Assembly: GCA_039621445.1 (NCBI GenBank)
Contig: CP154954.1
Span: 29,583,411 to 29,647,410 of the forward strand
Length of the DNA stretch: 64,000 bases
Source of the DNA: Euglena gracilis
Taxonomy: Eukaryota
Direction: 5' to 3'
The position numbers and the translations under genes are program-made. Positions 10,397 to 20,809 of the stretch are shown piece after piece (position 1 is the stretch's first letter; each line of letters begins with the position of its first letter). The notes under the pieces were generated by a model, which had not been told where the DNA came from, did not search any database, and saw only the letters and a program-made list of their open reading frames with translations.

Positions 10397-11478
10397 GCCA
10401 AGCGCCCAGCACCGCCATCCCCCCGCGGCGCGCCAACCGCAACTGAGGCCAGGGAACATGACAACCTTTTCCTGGACCTCGCTCACCCGGAACGTGACGC
10501 GGCGATGGTCATCGACAGTGCCGGCCAGGAGTCCAATCTCCGAGGACAGCCTGCGCACAGTCTGGTGGTTGGCGCTCCCCCCTGCGACATAACCCACCTT
10601 CTCCAACAGAGAATTCCGACCCTCCTCCACCTGCCCTCGGCCTGCCAACAACCTGTCTTTGACACCATGGCAGACGCCATCACGGCATACGTATGAGCAC
10701 CCACGGACGCGGCATTGCATTGCCGTGCTCTCCTTCCCAAGCTTGTCCTCCGCCCGGCATCAACAACCAAACCACCGCCACCAGCAGAACTGGAGTCCAT
10801 CCTACTGCGACGCGCCAGACTATTCCGCGAAGGGGATTACGCTACCCTGCTGACAGAAGCCCAAAAGGACACCCAGTCACGACACTCCATTGTGGAGACC
10901 AGGGCAGAAAAACGTTCCAGGACACAGCCCACCGCCCTCAGTGAAGCAATGACGAGACGCGTACGCACCCTCACCGCAGAGGGGGCTTCTGCAAAGGCTG
11001 TTCAGATTCTGCTGTCCGAGGGTGCGCACCAACCGGACGACCCAGAGGTCTGGGGCGCCCTGGAAAAGCTACACCCCGCCGGCAGGAATGTTGACACCAA
11101 CCGCCTGCCGCGTCACGTCCGCCCTTTCCCCGAGAACCACACCCCTGAGTGGGAGGACCGAGTGAAGGAAGCCATCCGTCGCTTCCCACGGGGATCGGCG
11201 CCGGGGCCATCTGGGTTGCGACCAAGCCACCTCCAAGACTGCCTGCGGAGACCAGGTCGAGGAGCAAGGCTGATCACTGCCCTCGCACTCCTGACCCAAG
11301 TCTGGGTGGACGGCCAGCTACCGCCCCACCACGCCGCGGCCTGGTGCTGTGCGAACCTAACGCCGCTCCGCAAAAAGGATAACGGGATACGCCCGGTGGC
11401 GGTTGGGGAAACTATACGTCGCTTGGTGGGGAAAGCCCTGCTCCAGACACCAAACGCCAGATCCGAGGTCGCAACCCT
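10397..11478 (+). pseudogene. N-terminal part of the element B RT protein
   Basis: SAPGPSGLRPSHL and RPVAVGETIRRLVGK. Stop at 10694 (CGA in paralog D), frameshift near 10725, similarity to D ends at 11478. Confidence 0.85.
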
Positions 11479-11900
11479 AAGGAGGCTAGGCTCAGCGGGG
11501 GGGGGGGGGGCTGGGGGGGGGCGAGCGGCCGCGCGGGCGGCCGCGCGGGGGGGAGGGGGGGGAGGGGGGTCCGAGGGCGGCCGCGCGGGCGGAACGCATC
11601 CTAAAATCGGTGATTTTTGGGTACAAAAAGTGGTCATTTTTTGCCATTTTTGGGCCATTTTTGACCAAAAAAGTGCAATTTTGGCAGCGCCGAGCGCGCG
11701 GCCCCCAAATTTGCCATTTTGTGTCCGAAAAGGGTCATTTTTGGTCATTTTTGGGCCTCAAAAAATCGCGATTTTTTCTCCAAAATTTTTTTTCTTGGCT
11801 ATGCTTGGCACAGGGGGGGAGGGGGGGTCCAGGGGGGGGGCGAGCGGCCGCGCGGGCGGCCGCGCAGGGGCCGCGCGGGGGGGGGGGGGGGGGGGTGAAA
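11479..11900. repeat. GC-rich duplicated block at the start of the insertion that truncates element B
   Basis: GCGAGCGGCCGCGCGGGCGGCCGCGC flanked by G-runs occurs near 11520 and 11840. Confidence 0.55.
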
Positions 11901-13959
11901 TTTCTCCCGGTGGGGCGGATTTCCCGCCGAAAACCCGATGGGTTATCTGGGATTCCACAACCCGATGGTGGTTGGTAGAATCGTGAATGCGACACATGAC
12001 CAATACCAGGTGTAGGGTGTTGGCTCATTCCTCACACAAGGTTAAATTTCTTGGGGGAGACTCGAATTTTCGAGCAGGGTACCAAATTCCGCATTGGAAA
12101 TGTCCTCCGAAAAGTGGGTTGCTGGTGTGGGCAAAAGCAAAGGTGGTCCAATTCGCGTTTTCGCGGGTGGTTGTACCAAGTTTGCGGTGGATGTAGGGAT
12201 TCCTACTCCAGAAACGGTAAATTGAGAACGCGATTCCGGGACATTTGGAACACCAACCGCATATATATACATACATACATACATACATACATACATACAT
12301 ACCACCACGGGATCCAAGACGCGGAATCAGCGTTCTTCGGACCAAGGCACGGATAAACTGTGCTTTTTGTGCAACAAATCCTGTCACATGTCTCGGGAAT
12401 GCCCGAATCCCGATGCACAAAAGTGTGTTCAAAGTCCTAGGGGGCCCGATCTCCTCACGAGAATCAAATTCCTCGGGTTTTTTGCGTCAATCGGGCGCTT
12501 CACGGTCTTCGGAGAACCGTTTTAGCGGTAGTTGGCCCAAGTCACCGTCGCGTTATGGACGGGAAACCTGTACCTCTCGTGGTCGGTGACCTGGTACCCC
12601 GACCCGGAAACGGGATTTCAATCACGATACTTCACGATCTCGTCAGTGAAGTTGATTATCCTCTTCGCGCGATTCACAAAGAAAGCACCGGCACACCAGT
12701 CATGGTCGACGGGAAACCCGTTCACCACGACATTATGACGGTGGAGCGGAATACCGTTCTCCCCGTCACACTGAATCCCACCACAAATAACGTTGTTCAC
12801 TGTGCGGTTCAAAGGACCACCACTCATCCATGTGGCCCAGAACTGGTTCCCTCCGGCCCGGCACGGAAATCGCGGATCAGAACCGGCCGCATAGCCGGTA
12901 CATCGCTTGGTGGAATATATGGAATTCAGTTTGCGGACCGTCATACGGGCCTCGTTTAATTCCTTGTCCGAGGTCTCATCCCCCTCCCTGCCCGAAGCTG
13001 GGGTGTCCTCCTCCAAACAAGATACCTTGAAGCCGACTGCTTGCTGGTTGGAGGAGTAACCATGGTCCTCGCGGCGCTTAGTTATTTCAAGAACAAACCC
13101 TGGGCAGGTGAACAGCTGGAGGTGGGACTTGATCACTCCCGCACCACCTGCCCATCCGCCCGTGGTATGTACCCAGAGATTGCCTCCCCCCCACCACTGC
13201 CTTGAAAATTCACATATAGTAACCACAAACTGTGTGGTGACTGGGGATGTGTGCTGGGGAAACCCCTGCCCATCAGCCCCAACAATCACTCCCCCCAAAA
13301 TTCCCACATTTCAATGGTCAACAATCAAATTCTGACGTAACTTGGGGATACCCCATTTTACGGCTTTACCGTCTGGTAGTGGAAAGCCACTCAAATGGTT
13401 TGCACACACCACTCCACTGTTCACCGCCTCCAAAACCACCTCACCGCTGGTGTCCACCAGGACGGCCACCACTTTTCCAACACCGTTACCCACCACGGCA
13501 ACAACCGTTTTCCGCACCGGGTATACCGAGAAAGTCGGACCCCCTGCCCAACACACACCAACATGCGTTCCACACGAGGCAGGGCACGCGAGTAGCGGTA
13601 CCCCTCTCGTTCCACTGGGTTACAAGACGAAAGCCCAAGTATCCGCAGTTATAACGGTGTCGAGTAGTCGCCCAGCCACACAACGCCTCCGTTACTCACC
13701 AGTTGTGTCGAATCAGACACACCTGTACACGACTCCACGGCTAATGCCTCTCACACCCACAATCACACACGCCTGCAACACCACACCACTTCCCTCCAAT
13801 GTGTGTCCCGTGGGAGACGCACCACACAACCAGACCAAGATTCTGCAAGTTAATAAAAAACAGCCAACGCTATGCACACAACCCGAAACGTACATCCAAG
13901 CCTCAAGCCCGCAAAACGCGGTGGTGGGTCACAAATGTCAACGTCACGAAAAAATTTCA

Positions 13960-14235
13960 GATTCGCGAAAATCGTGATCTGAATTGCGGAAATCGTGGAT
14001 GGCATCGTGAAAAGCACGATTTCCGTCGCATTTCCCGCGAAAATTTTTTCGCTTTCGCGATAAATTTTTAAATTTTTTTCATATTAGTGGAAATCGCGAT
14101 CTGAATCGCATAAAATCGCGAGCGGAATCGTGAAAAGCACGATTTCCGTCGCGTTTCACGTGAATTTTTTTCACTTTCATGAAAAAATTTTCATCTTCGC
14201 GAAAATCGCGATCTGAATAGTGTAAATCGCGGGCC
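13960..14235. repeat. ~120-bp imperfect tandem repeats
   Basis: Recurring AAATCGCGATCTGAAT and CGTGAAAAGCACGATTTCCGTCGC. Confidence 0.65.
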
Positions 14236-15024
14236 AAAATCCTCCAACAAAGGATGAGTCTGTTTCTGAGCTCTTTCACAGATAGTTCCGAGAGGGGTGT
14301 TGAATTTCTGATGACATTCTCCAGGAGATCAGTGGGGTCCCAAAAATGGTCATACTTGAAACCGTGTATTGGGGCTCTGGCTTCACGCCCGAACCGGCGT
14401 TCCAGAACGCCGGTTCGGCGCAGAAATTTTTGCGCCGAACTGGCGTTCTGGAACGCCGGTTCGGGCGGGAAGATGGCGTCCAGGGGACCGAAAATAAAAA
14501 GTGCCAAAAAGTGTTCAAAATGCTTAGTGGACATGTGGCAATCACAATCACATCTGAGCAGTTTTTGGGGAGTAATTGGCCATATATTGGGGTATTTTGT
14601 GCAACATGAGACACCAGGCCCTCGCCACAAGGAGAAACTCCTCATGACTCCCTGTGCGGCCACAGGTCGCCGGTAGATACTATGGGTGTAAAGTACATAA
14701 AGGTTGTACGGAGTGCCGTGCCCGTCCTGAGGTCAATGGTTAGAGGAAAATGGGAAAGTCCCATCTTCAATATATACGGCGGCGGGGGGGGGGGTGGGGG
14801 GGAGTGTGTGCTTTGTCTGCCACTGTTGGCGTGTTTGTGTCATTGGCTGGTTGGCTGATTTGTGCCAGGGGTGGTTTCAGAGCCGTCCGAGAGTGGCTGA
14901 TTTGTGCCTGGGGTTGTTTCAGAGCCGTCCGAGAGTGGAGGTGAGAAAGCTGGCCTCATGGCCATTGCTCTGTGTGGGCCACCGAAGGTGGTAGAGGTGG
15001 TCGGTGCACTGGATGAAGTCACAC

Positions 15025-18000
15025 TCAAAAGTATGGGGAATGCGTACCACCGCTATTGCAATCAAGTAGTTGCTCAGGGCACTGTCCCCATGCCAGTTGT
15101 CTTGCCAACTCGCGCATCAAAGCCATTCCAAGTCCCTGCCATGCACTGGCCTCCACACCCCGCCTCTCCCAGCCGTTATGTTGGCTTGTTTGGAGGCGGA
15201 TGCATGTGGAGACGAATCCTTGGCCTGCTTCACTCATGCCACCGTAGCAGTCCATCACCAGTGGGATAAATGTCCAGCCTCGTCGCTTGCAAGGGTCCCC
15301 ATACTTGGCAATTTTGTCTTCTTCCTGTCGAGTGTGCCAATTGTCCACCTGAGCTGGAGGTGACCTGGAGGGTGCTAGTGGGTGTCTGACTGTGACATCA
15401 ATGGCTGCGGGTCCATTTGCGTCAAATCGAGTGATGAAAACATCGCCCGGTCGAGTTCCGTCCTCAGCTTTTTCTTCTCGACGTGCAGGGAAGCCAGCTC
15501 GCTGTGCCAGGTTCAGGACAAAGCTTTGCACTGCCCCGTGCCGCCGAACGAGGTTGTTACGGTGGCAGCAGACGAGGTGGTGGCCGGCTGTGTCAAGTGG
15601 GCTCATGCATCGTGGACATGCGGGAGAGTGGCTCTCTTCTGTTTTTACCACAGGAGCGCCAAGCGTCCATTGGAGGAGGGCAACAAATTCTTTCGTGGGA
15701 ACAAGGGTTTTTGTGCCAGCAGAGGGGACTGCACACGTCCAGGCCATGGCATGAGGCCTTGTTTGGCAGGAAAATCGGATGGCATCGGATCCGGACAGGG
15801 AGTTTTGCAGTTTCTTTTGGCGCAGCATTGAGCAGACGTTCCCCCAGTGTTTCTGTGACACCATTTCTCGTGGTAGTTGGGTGGCACGGGTGGAGTCATC
15901 TGTTAAGGCCTGCAGGGGTTGACCTTCAACACCAACGATCTTCAGCAATGTCAGTGCGGAGTCAAAATCTGGTGGTTTCATATTGCGGATTACGAAGTCC
16001 GGAAGTCCCAACAACGTTTCAGCCCTTTGGAGGAAGTCCAGTTGGGCTGACCACCGTGCAGCGAGTCGGCATTCCTGCGGATCCTTAATTCCTAGTCCCC
16101 CCAAACGGGGTGGCAAGGTGGCGTGACCACTGGTTGTCATCAACTGGTCCTGTCATGATGCAACTCAGCGTGTTTCGTAAACAGTGGCTCAGCAATAAGC
16201 ATTGGTCCCCAGCAAGCGGCAGTGGTGTTCCCCTCAGTAGGTCATTGACGCGACATGCATCCAAACATTGACGCAGAAGGGTGTACTGGACATGGGCACT
16301 TGGCACAAGCTGTAGGAGATTGCATGCCTTCAGAACCATTTCGACTCGTGGAGCCCAAACAGTGGAGGCGAACGCCCCCCCTGCTGGGTGGCAGACTGGT
16401 AGTCCAAGGACCTTGAGGCCACTTGCTTCAGAATATTCCTGCACCGGAATTTGTTGGAGCGGGGTTGTGTTGGTTGGGAGGCTGGACCATTCCATTCCAA
16501 AGGCAGGTCCCCACAATCGACACTTGGATATATTCAGGGAAACCCCAATGAGGGGTCCTTCTCGCAGAATGTATCGGACTGCTGTTTCCAGTTGTGCTGG
16601 GGTACCCACGAGATGGGCATCATCCAAGTACCATGCTTGCCATCCGACCAGCTCACCCACTTTTTCAACAAGATTTTGAACTGCAATTGCGAACGCCGCA
16701 GGACCACATGGGTCACCTTGTTGCACACCACTTTTGCTGCGAAAGGAGGTTGACCCACAGTACAAAGTGGAATGCTCACTGTAGCAGCTCTCCATCCATG
16801 CTGTCATCTCAGGGCAACGTTCTCGAACAGCGTCCAGCATACCCTCACGGCGCAGGCAGTTGAAGGCATTTGCAAAGTCCAATTGCAACACACCCCAATC
16901 CTGAGCACCTGTGTGATGGAGACAGCCGACAAGCTGCTGAAGTCCGATGGCAACAATGGAACAGGGATCAGAATGGCCAACACCAAATTGTCCAGGCAGA
17001 CTGTTGCGAACTGCTGTTCTCACCACTTCCTGTCTCATGATCACTTTTCCTACCAGCCGACGTAGGCATTCGCCCGCTGCTATGGGCCTGGTTCCCTCTT
17101 CTTCTGGAGCAGGTGGGCATTGGTTGCCGAAATCATCGGTGTTTTTGGCTGCTTTCACTTTTCGCAAAGCTGTCAGTCTGGCTGCTGCCATGATTGCCGC
17201 AGGTCCTTTTGGCAAACCCTTGTCAATGGTGCGATAACAGAAGGTCGTGAGTTCGTCCAAAAGGTCATCTGCGTGGCAACCTGCATCATGCCCCATCAAA
17301 CACCGAAGGTGGTCGGGCCTCAAGCCAGAGGGGCCTGGGGAAGATTCTGGGCCAAAGCTGAAGACTGCCTTTCGCACTATTGTCCGGCGTTGTTGCATGT
17401 CTTCCTCAGAAGTGGCAGCTGGTAGCGAACGTCTCAAGGTCGTTGGGCCAAGTCCAGGAGGCGGTTCATGTGGATGCAATTGCCGGAGGCGTTCACGTAC
17501 CAAGGGGTTGTCGGGATCTTGAACACCATCGGAAGTCAACAGGTTGCACGCTTTGGATACAGCACCCCTGCCGACCAGTCGTTCTAGTCTGGAGACAAAA
17601 TCTCTTTTGTTACTTCTTCCTCTTTCGAGGCAGCCAGTCTAGTACGTGGTCTCTTTCGTGCGTTAGTTGCTTCCACTGGAGGAGAAGTGTCCTTCCAACT
17701 CTCAAGCGTCGGGCGGTTTAGGTATTGTCGTGAACGAGCCTGCAGGATGCGGCCAAGCCGTGCCCAGTGACCGCGCCCACCACGGCCAAAGGGTGCCAGC
17801 ACTGCCTTTGGGAAGCACCAAAGGGCGTGCATGGCTTCCCAGGTGCTTTGTTCGTTCAGGCGGCGCAAGAGTGTGCAATAGACCTCGGCCACTGCTTGGA
17901 TGGCCCCGCGAGGGATAAGGCTGATTGACCCACGGCGATCGTGGGCAATTTCTTCCCAAGTTGGATGAAGGTCAGGGCATGGTCCTGAGAGGGGGTGGGA

Positions 18001-19590
18001 TGCGGCATCAATGTTCATTGCGACGCTGTGTGGCAATGGGGCCGAGGCAGAGTTCAAAGGTTGTTCGCTCTGAGCTGGGTCACCCCCAATGAGGTCCAGA
18101 AGGAGCTGTTGTAGATTCCGGCCATCTTGCGAAGAGGTTTCCAAGAGTGGGGCAAGGGTGGGTGGGACCGAGGCAGTTGCCAACAAGAAGCCGACAGCCC
18201 TTGCCGGGTCCTCGCTGAAGTCAATTTCAGTCTGTGGGGGTACTGCGGGGCCTGGGTTTGGCTGAATGTCACCACAGGACAAAATTCCTTCCCCGCGCCC
18301 CAAGCGACGGTGGTGACCGGTGCAAGTACTGGGGTTTTGGCGCTTCTTGGTGGGCATGCGTTTGGGCGAGCTATCCCTTTCCCTTTGAAACTCCAGTTCT
18401 GGGGGTCTGCAGGAAATGGGGGGTTGGGGTTCTGGGGTTATTTCGTTTGCGTGGAGGAAAGTGTGCCTGGCAGCTTTTGGTGTAACAGAGGCTTTGACTT
18501 TCTGTGTCGCTTTGGCGGCTTTCAGCAAATTGGGCCTGGCCGTTTTGAGCAAAATGGAACCACGGGTTTGCAGGGCACTTTTTGGTTCCGAAAACTGCAG
18601 AGTGGGTTTTGGGGAAACAGGGGAACAGTATCTGACACTTTTGGGGCTCCATGTCAGCAGAACCAGCTTGGGACCATGGGGGTTTTGGGTGCCTGGTGGG
18701 TTGGTGGGTGGGGGTGTGGATGCTGCAACTTGAAATGAGTGCAGAAGTTTTTCCATTGTCAGGTGAGCAAGTGCACACAAAAGGAAGAAGGACAAAAAGG
18801 TGTCACAGGGGGGCCTTTGCAGGCCCAGGGCCTTTACAGGCCACTGGAGCAAAATGGTGTTGGAGGGGGGCCTTTGCAGGCCCAGGGCCTTTGCAGGCCA
18901 CTGGGGCAAAATGGTGCAACAGACCAAAATGGTGTCACAGGGGGGCCTTTGCAGGCCCAGTGACTTTGCAGGATGGGGTAAAACGGTGTCAATGAGGGGT
19001 TGGGGTGGCACAATGTTTTTCACTGTCAAGTCAAAACTGCTGCAAAATGTGTCACTGAGGGGTTGGGGTGGCACAATGTTTTTCACTGTCAAGTCAAAAC
19101 TGCTGCAAAATGTGTCACTGAGGGGTTGGGGTGGGAGAATGTTTTTCAATGTCAAGTCAAAACTGCTGCAAAATGAAGTTTGGGATGCAATGCATAACAC
19201 AGAAAGGAAGATACTGGAGCTGAAAGTGGCACTTAATGGTTGGCAGATGGGGGGCCTTTGCAGGCCCATGATGAGGGGCCTTTGCAGGCCCAGATGGGGG
19301 GGCCTTTGCAGGCCCAGATGAGGGGGCCTTTGTAGGCCCAGATGGGGGGGCCTTTGCAGGCCCAGATGAGGGGGCCTTTGCAGGCCCATAAGTTGCCACC
19401 AGGGCTGAGCAGCCCAGTACGCCACTGACGACAGCATGTCCAGCTGCAGCAGTACACCAGTACCAGCTTCTGCCTGCACCAGCAGGACTTCTTGTGTTGC
19501 ACCACCAGGAGTTCCTCTGCCTGCACCACCAGGACTGCAAGGCTGCTTCTGCCTGCACCAGCAGGACTTCAGGACTGCTTCTGCCTGCAC
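15025..19590 (-). pseudogene. Element C polyprotein: repetitive N-terminus, 2A-like motif, RT, CCHC finger, RLE
   Basis: GDIQPNPGP; DFANAFN, GVQQGDPCGP, WYLDD; CPRC...HHLVCC, RHGAV, RPGDV, IDVTV, KIAKY. One stop at 17584 and a frameshift near 16130. Confidence 0.9.
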
Positions 19591-19600
19591 CAGCAGGACT
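18800..19600 (-). repeat. Tandem repeats in the element C 5' region
   Basis: GGGGGCCTTTGCAGGCCCA units (LGLQRPP), 63-bp units at 18985-19170 and CTGCCTGCACCAGCAGGACT units. Confidence 0.85.
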
Positions 19601-19685
19601 TGTGGGTGACTCTAAATGGCAATTGAACTCTTGACTTGGATACTTGACCCCACCAGGGGCTTTCAATTGTCCGCCATGTATTGTG

Positions 19686-19711
19686 CGAAAAAAAATAGAC
19701 ACTCAGAAAGT
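19686..19711 (-). other. Perfect euglenid spliced-leader exon copy at the 5' end of element C
   Basis: ACTTTCTGAGTGTCTATTTTTTTTCG, 26/26. Confidence 0.95.
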
Positions 19712-19888
19712 GCAACAATTGCAACAATTTCCATTTGGCCAAATTTAGGGAATTTTTGAAATAGAATACCATGCAGCACGGCTGAAATCCAAGGCCATCT
19801 GCTGAAAGCCCTTGAGAAGAGCTTTCCATCGATGGGCAACATGCCTGGTGAAACATAGGAATTTCGACTTTGCAAACAGGGTCGGAAA

Positions 19889-20293
19889 TTTTTTTTTTTT
19901 TTTTTTTTTTTAGGGGCTATAGCCGGCTCGTGGGGTCGCGCGTGCTCTCTCCGTCTCGCTTTATGGAGTCCAGGGCGGGCGGGCTACCCTTTGTGTGTGC
20001 TGCTTTTGCCGGCTCCACTCCCCTCCTTCGCCTTTTGGCGGATGCCTTTGGCCTGGCGTGTAGGCGTTTTTTTTTTTTTTGGCGACCGGGGTCTTTTTTT
20101 TTTGTTTCTTTTGGTCTGGTTTTTTTTTGTGTGGTGGCCGCCTTTTGGTGGGGGGTGGGGGTGTTTCCCTGGTGAACCTCCGCGCTTCGGGTTGCTTTGG
20201 TCTTGGCTTTGCTTGCCTTGGGTGTTGTCTGCGGTGGAGGCTGGGACTTACCATGGTTGGAGGGCATCCTCCACGCGGTCCTTGGCTGCCAGC
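19889..20293 (-). mobile_element. Poly(A)-tailed SINE or 5'-truncated retrocopy with a 12-bp target-site duplication
   Basis: T-run at 19889-19911; CAGGGTCGGAAA at 19877-19888 and 20294-20305; second copy at ~34388-34666 (+). Confidence 0.85.
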
Positions 20294-20809
20294 CAGGGTC
20301 GGAAAATGCGATCGCCGATTTTCAGAGTGATCTGCAGTATAGCTGAGTTCTGTGGGTACCAAATGAAAGGCCTTGGCGAGAGCTTTCAATTGATATGCTG
20401 TATGGCACCTCAGGTGTGGGATTTCACAAATTAGGATGTCAAATTTTGGAATGCACGATCGCTGAAAATAAGCGCTGTATGGATCATTGCTGAATCCTGT
20501 GGCCATCTGCCAAAAGCACTTGAGAAGAGCTTTCGATCGATGGGTAACATGGCACCAGATCTGTAAAGACTTCAATTGGCCGATCGACATGGCCATGCGC
20601 CCAAAGGAGCCCAAAAATGCTCCAAAGTGTTTGAAAAATGGGTATTTAGGGCGAAATTGGCCTGGATTCCTTGAACGCCGGTTCGGGCGTGAAGCCAGAG
20701 CCCCTAATCCACGGTTTCAACAACTGTGCCCAGAACGCCGGTTCGGACCACGGAACTGTGTTCCAGAACGCCGGTTCGGGCGGCAGCCCGAACCGGCGTT
20801 CTGGATCAT

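Larger units (their letters stand above)
5776..11478 (+). mobile_element. Element B: SL-headed CRE-like retrotransposon with a triple-2A polyprotein; interrupted by a TIR element and 3'-truncated
   Basis: Order: SL, ORF1-like region, 2A (7112-7159), Zn-finger module, 2A (7736-7789), Dam-like MTase, 2A (10346-10396), RT N-terminus. Collinear with paralog D. Confidence 0.9.
14607..19711 (-). mobile_element. Element C: full-length SL-headed CRE-like retrotransposon (2A-RT-RLE) with a probable GCAACA target-site duplication
   Basis: Perfect SL at 19686-19711; GCAACA at 14601-14606 and 19712-19717; RT and RLE both present; no poly(A) tail. Confidence 0.88.

Noticed and set aside
11479-11986. Gly-rich C-terminal extension of the RT ORF 10715-11986
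   Set aside because: Read-through into an unrelated insertion; paralog D shows the real continuation.
19686-19711. SL RNA gene (also 4787-4811 and 5776-5801)
   Set aside because: No GT donor or SL intron follows, and there is no tandem array or recognisable 5S gene.
19640-19711. Hammerhead ribozyme formed by the SL CTGAG plus the GAAA hairpin
   Set aside because: The core reads CTGAGTG rather than CTGANGA, and stem III has an unpaired G.
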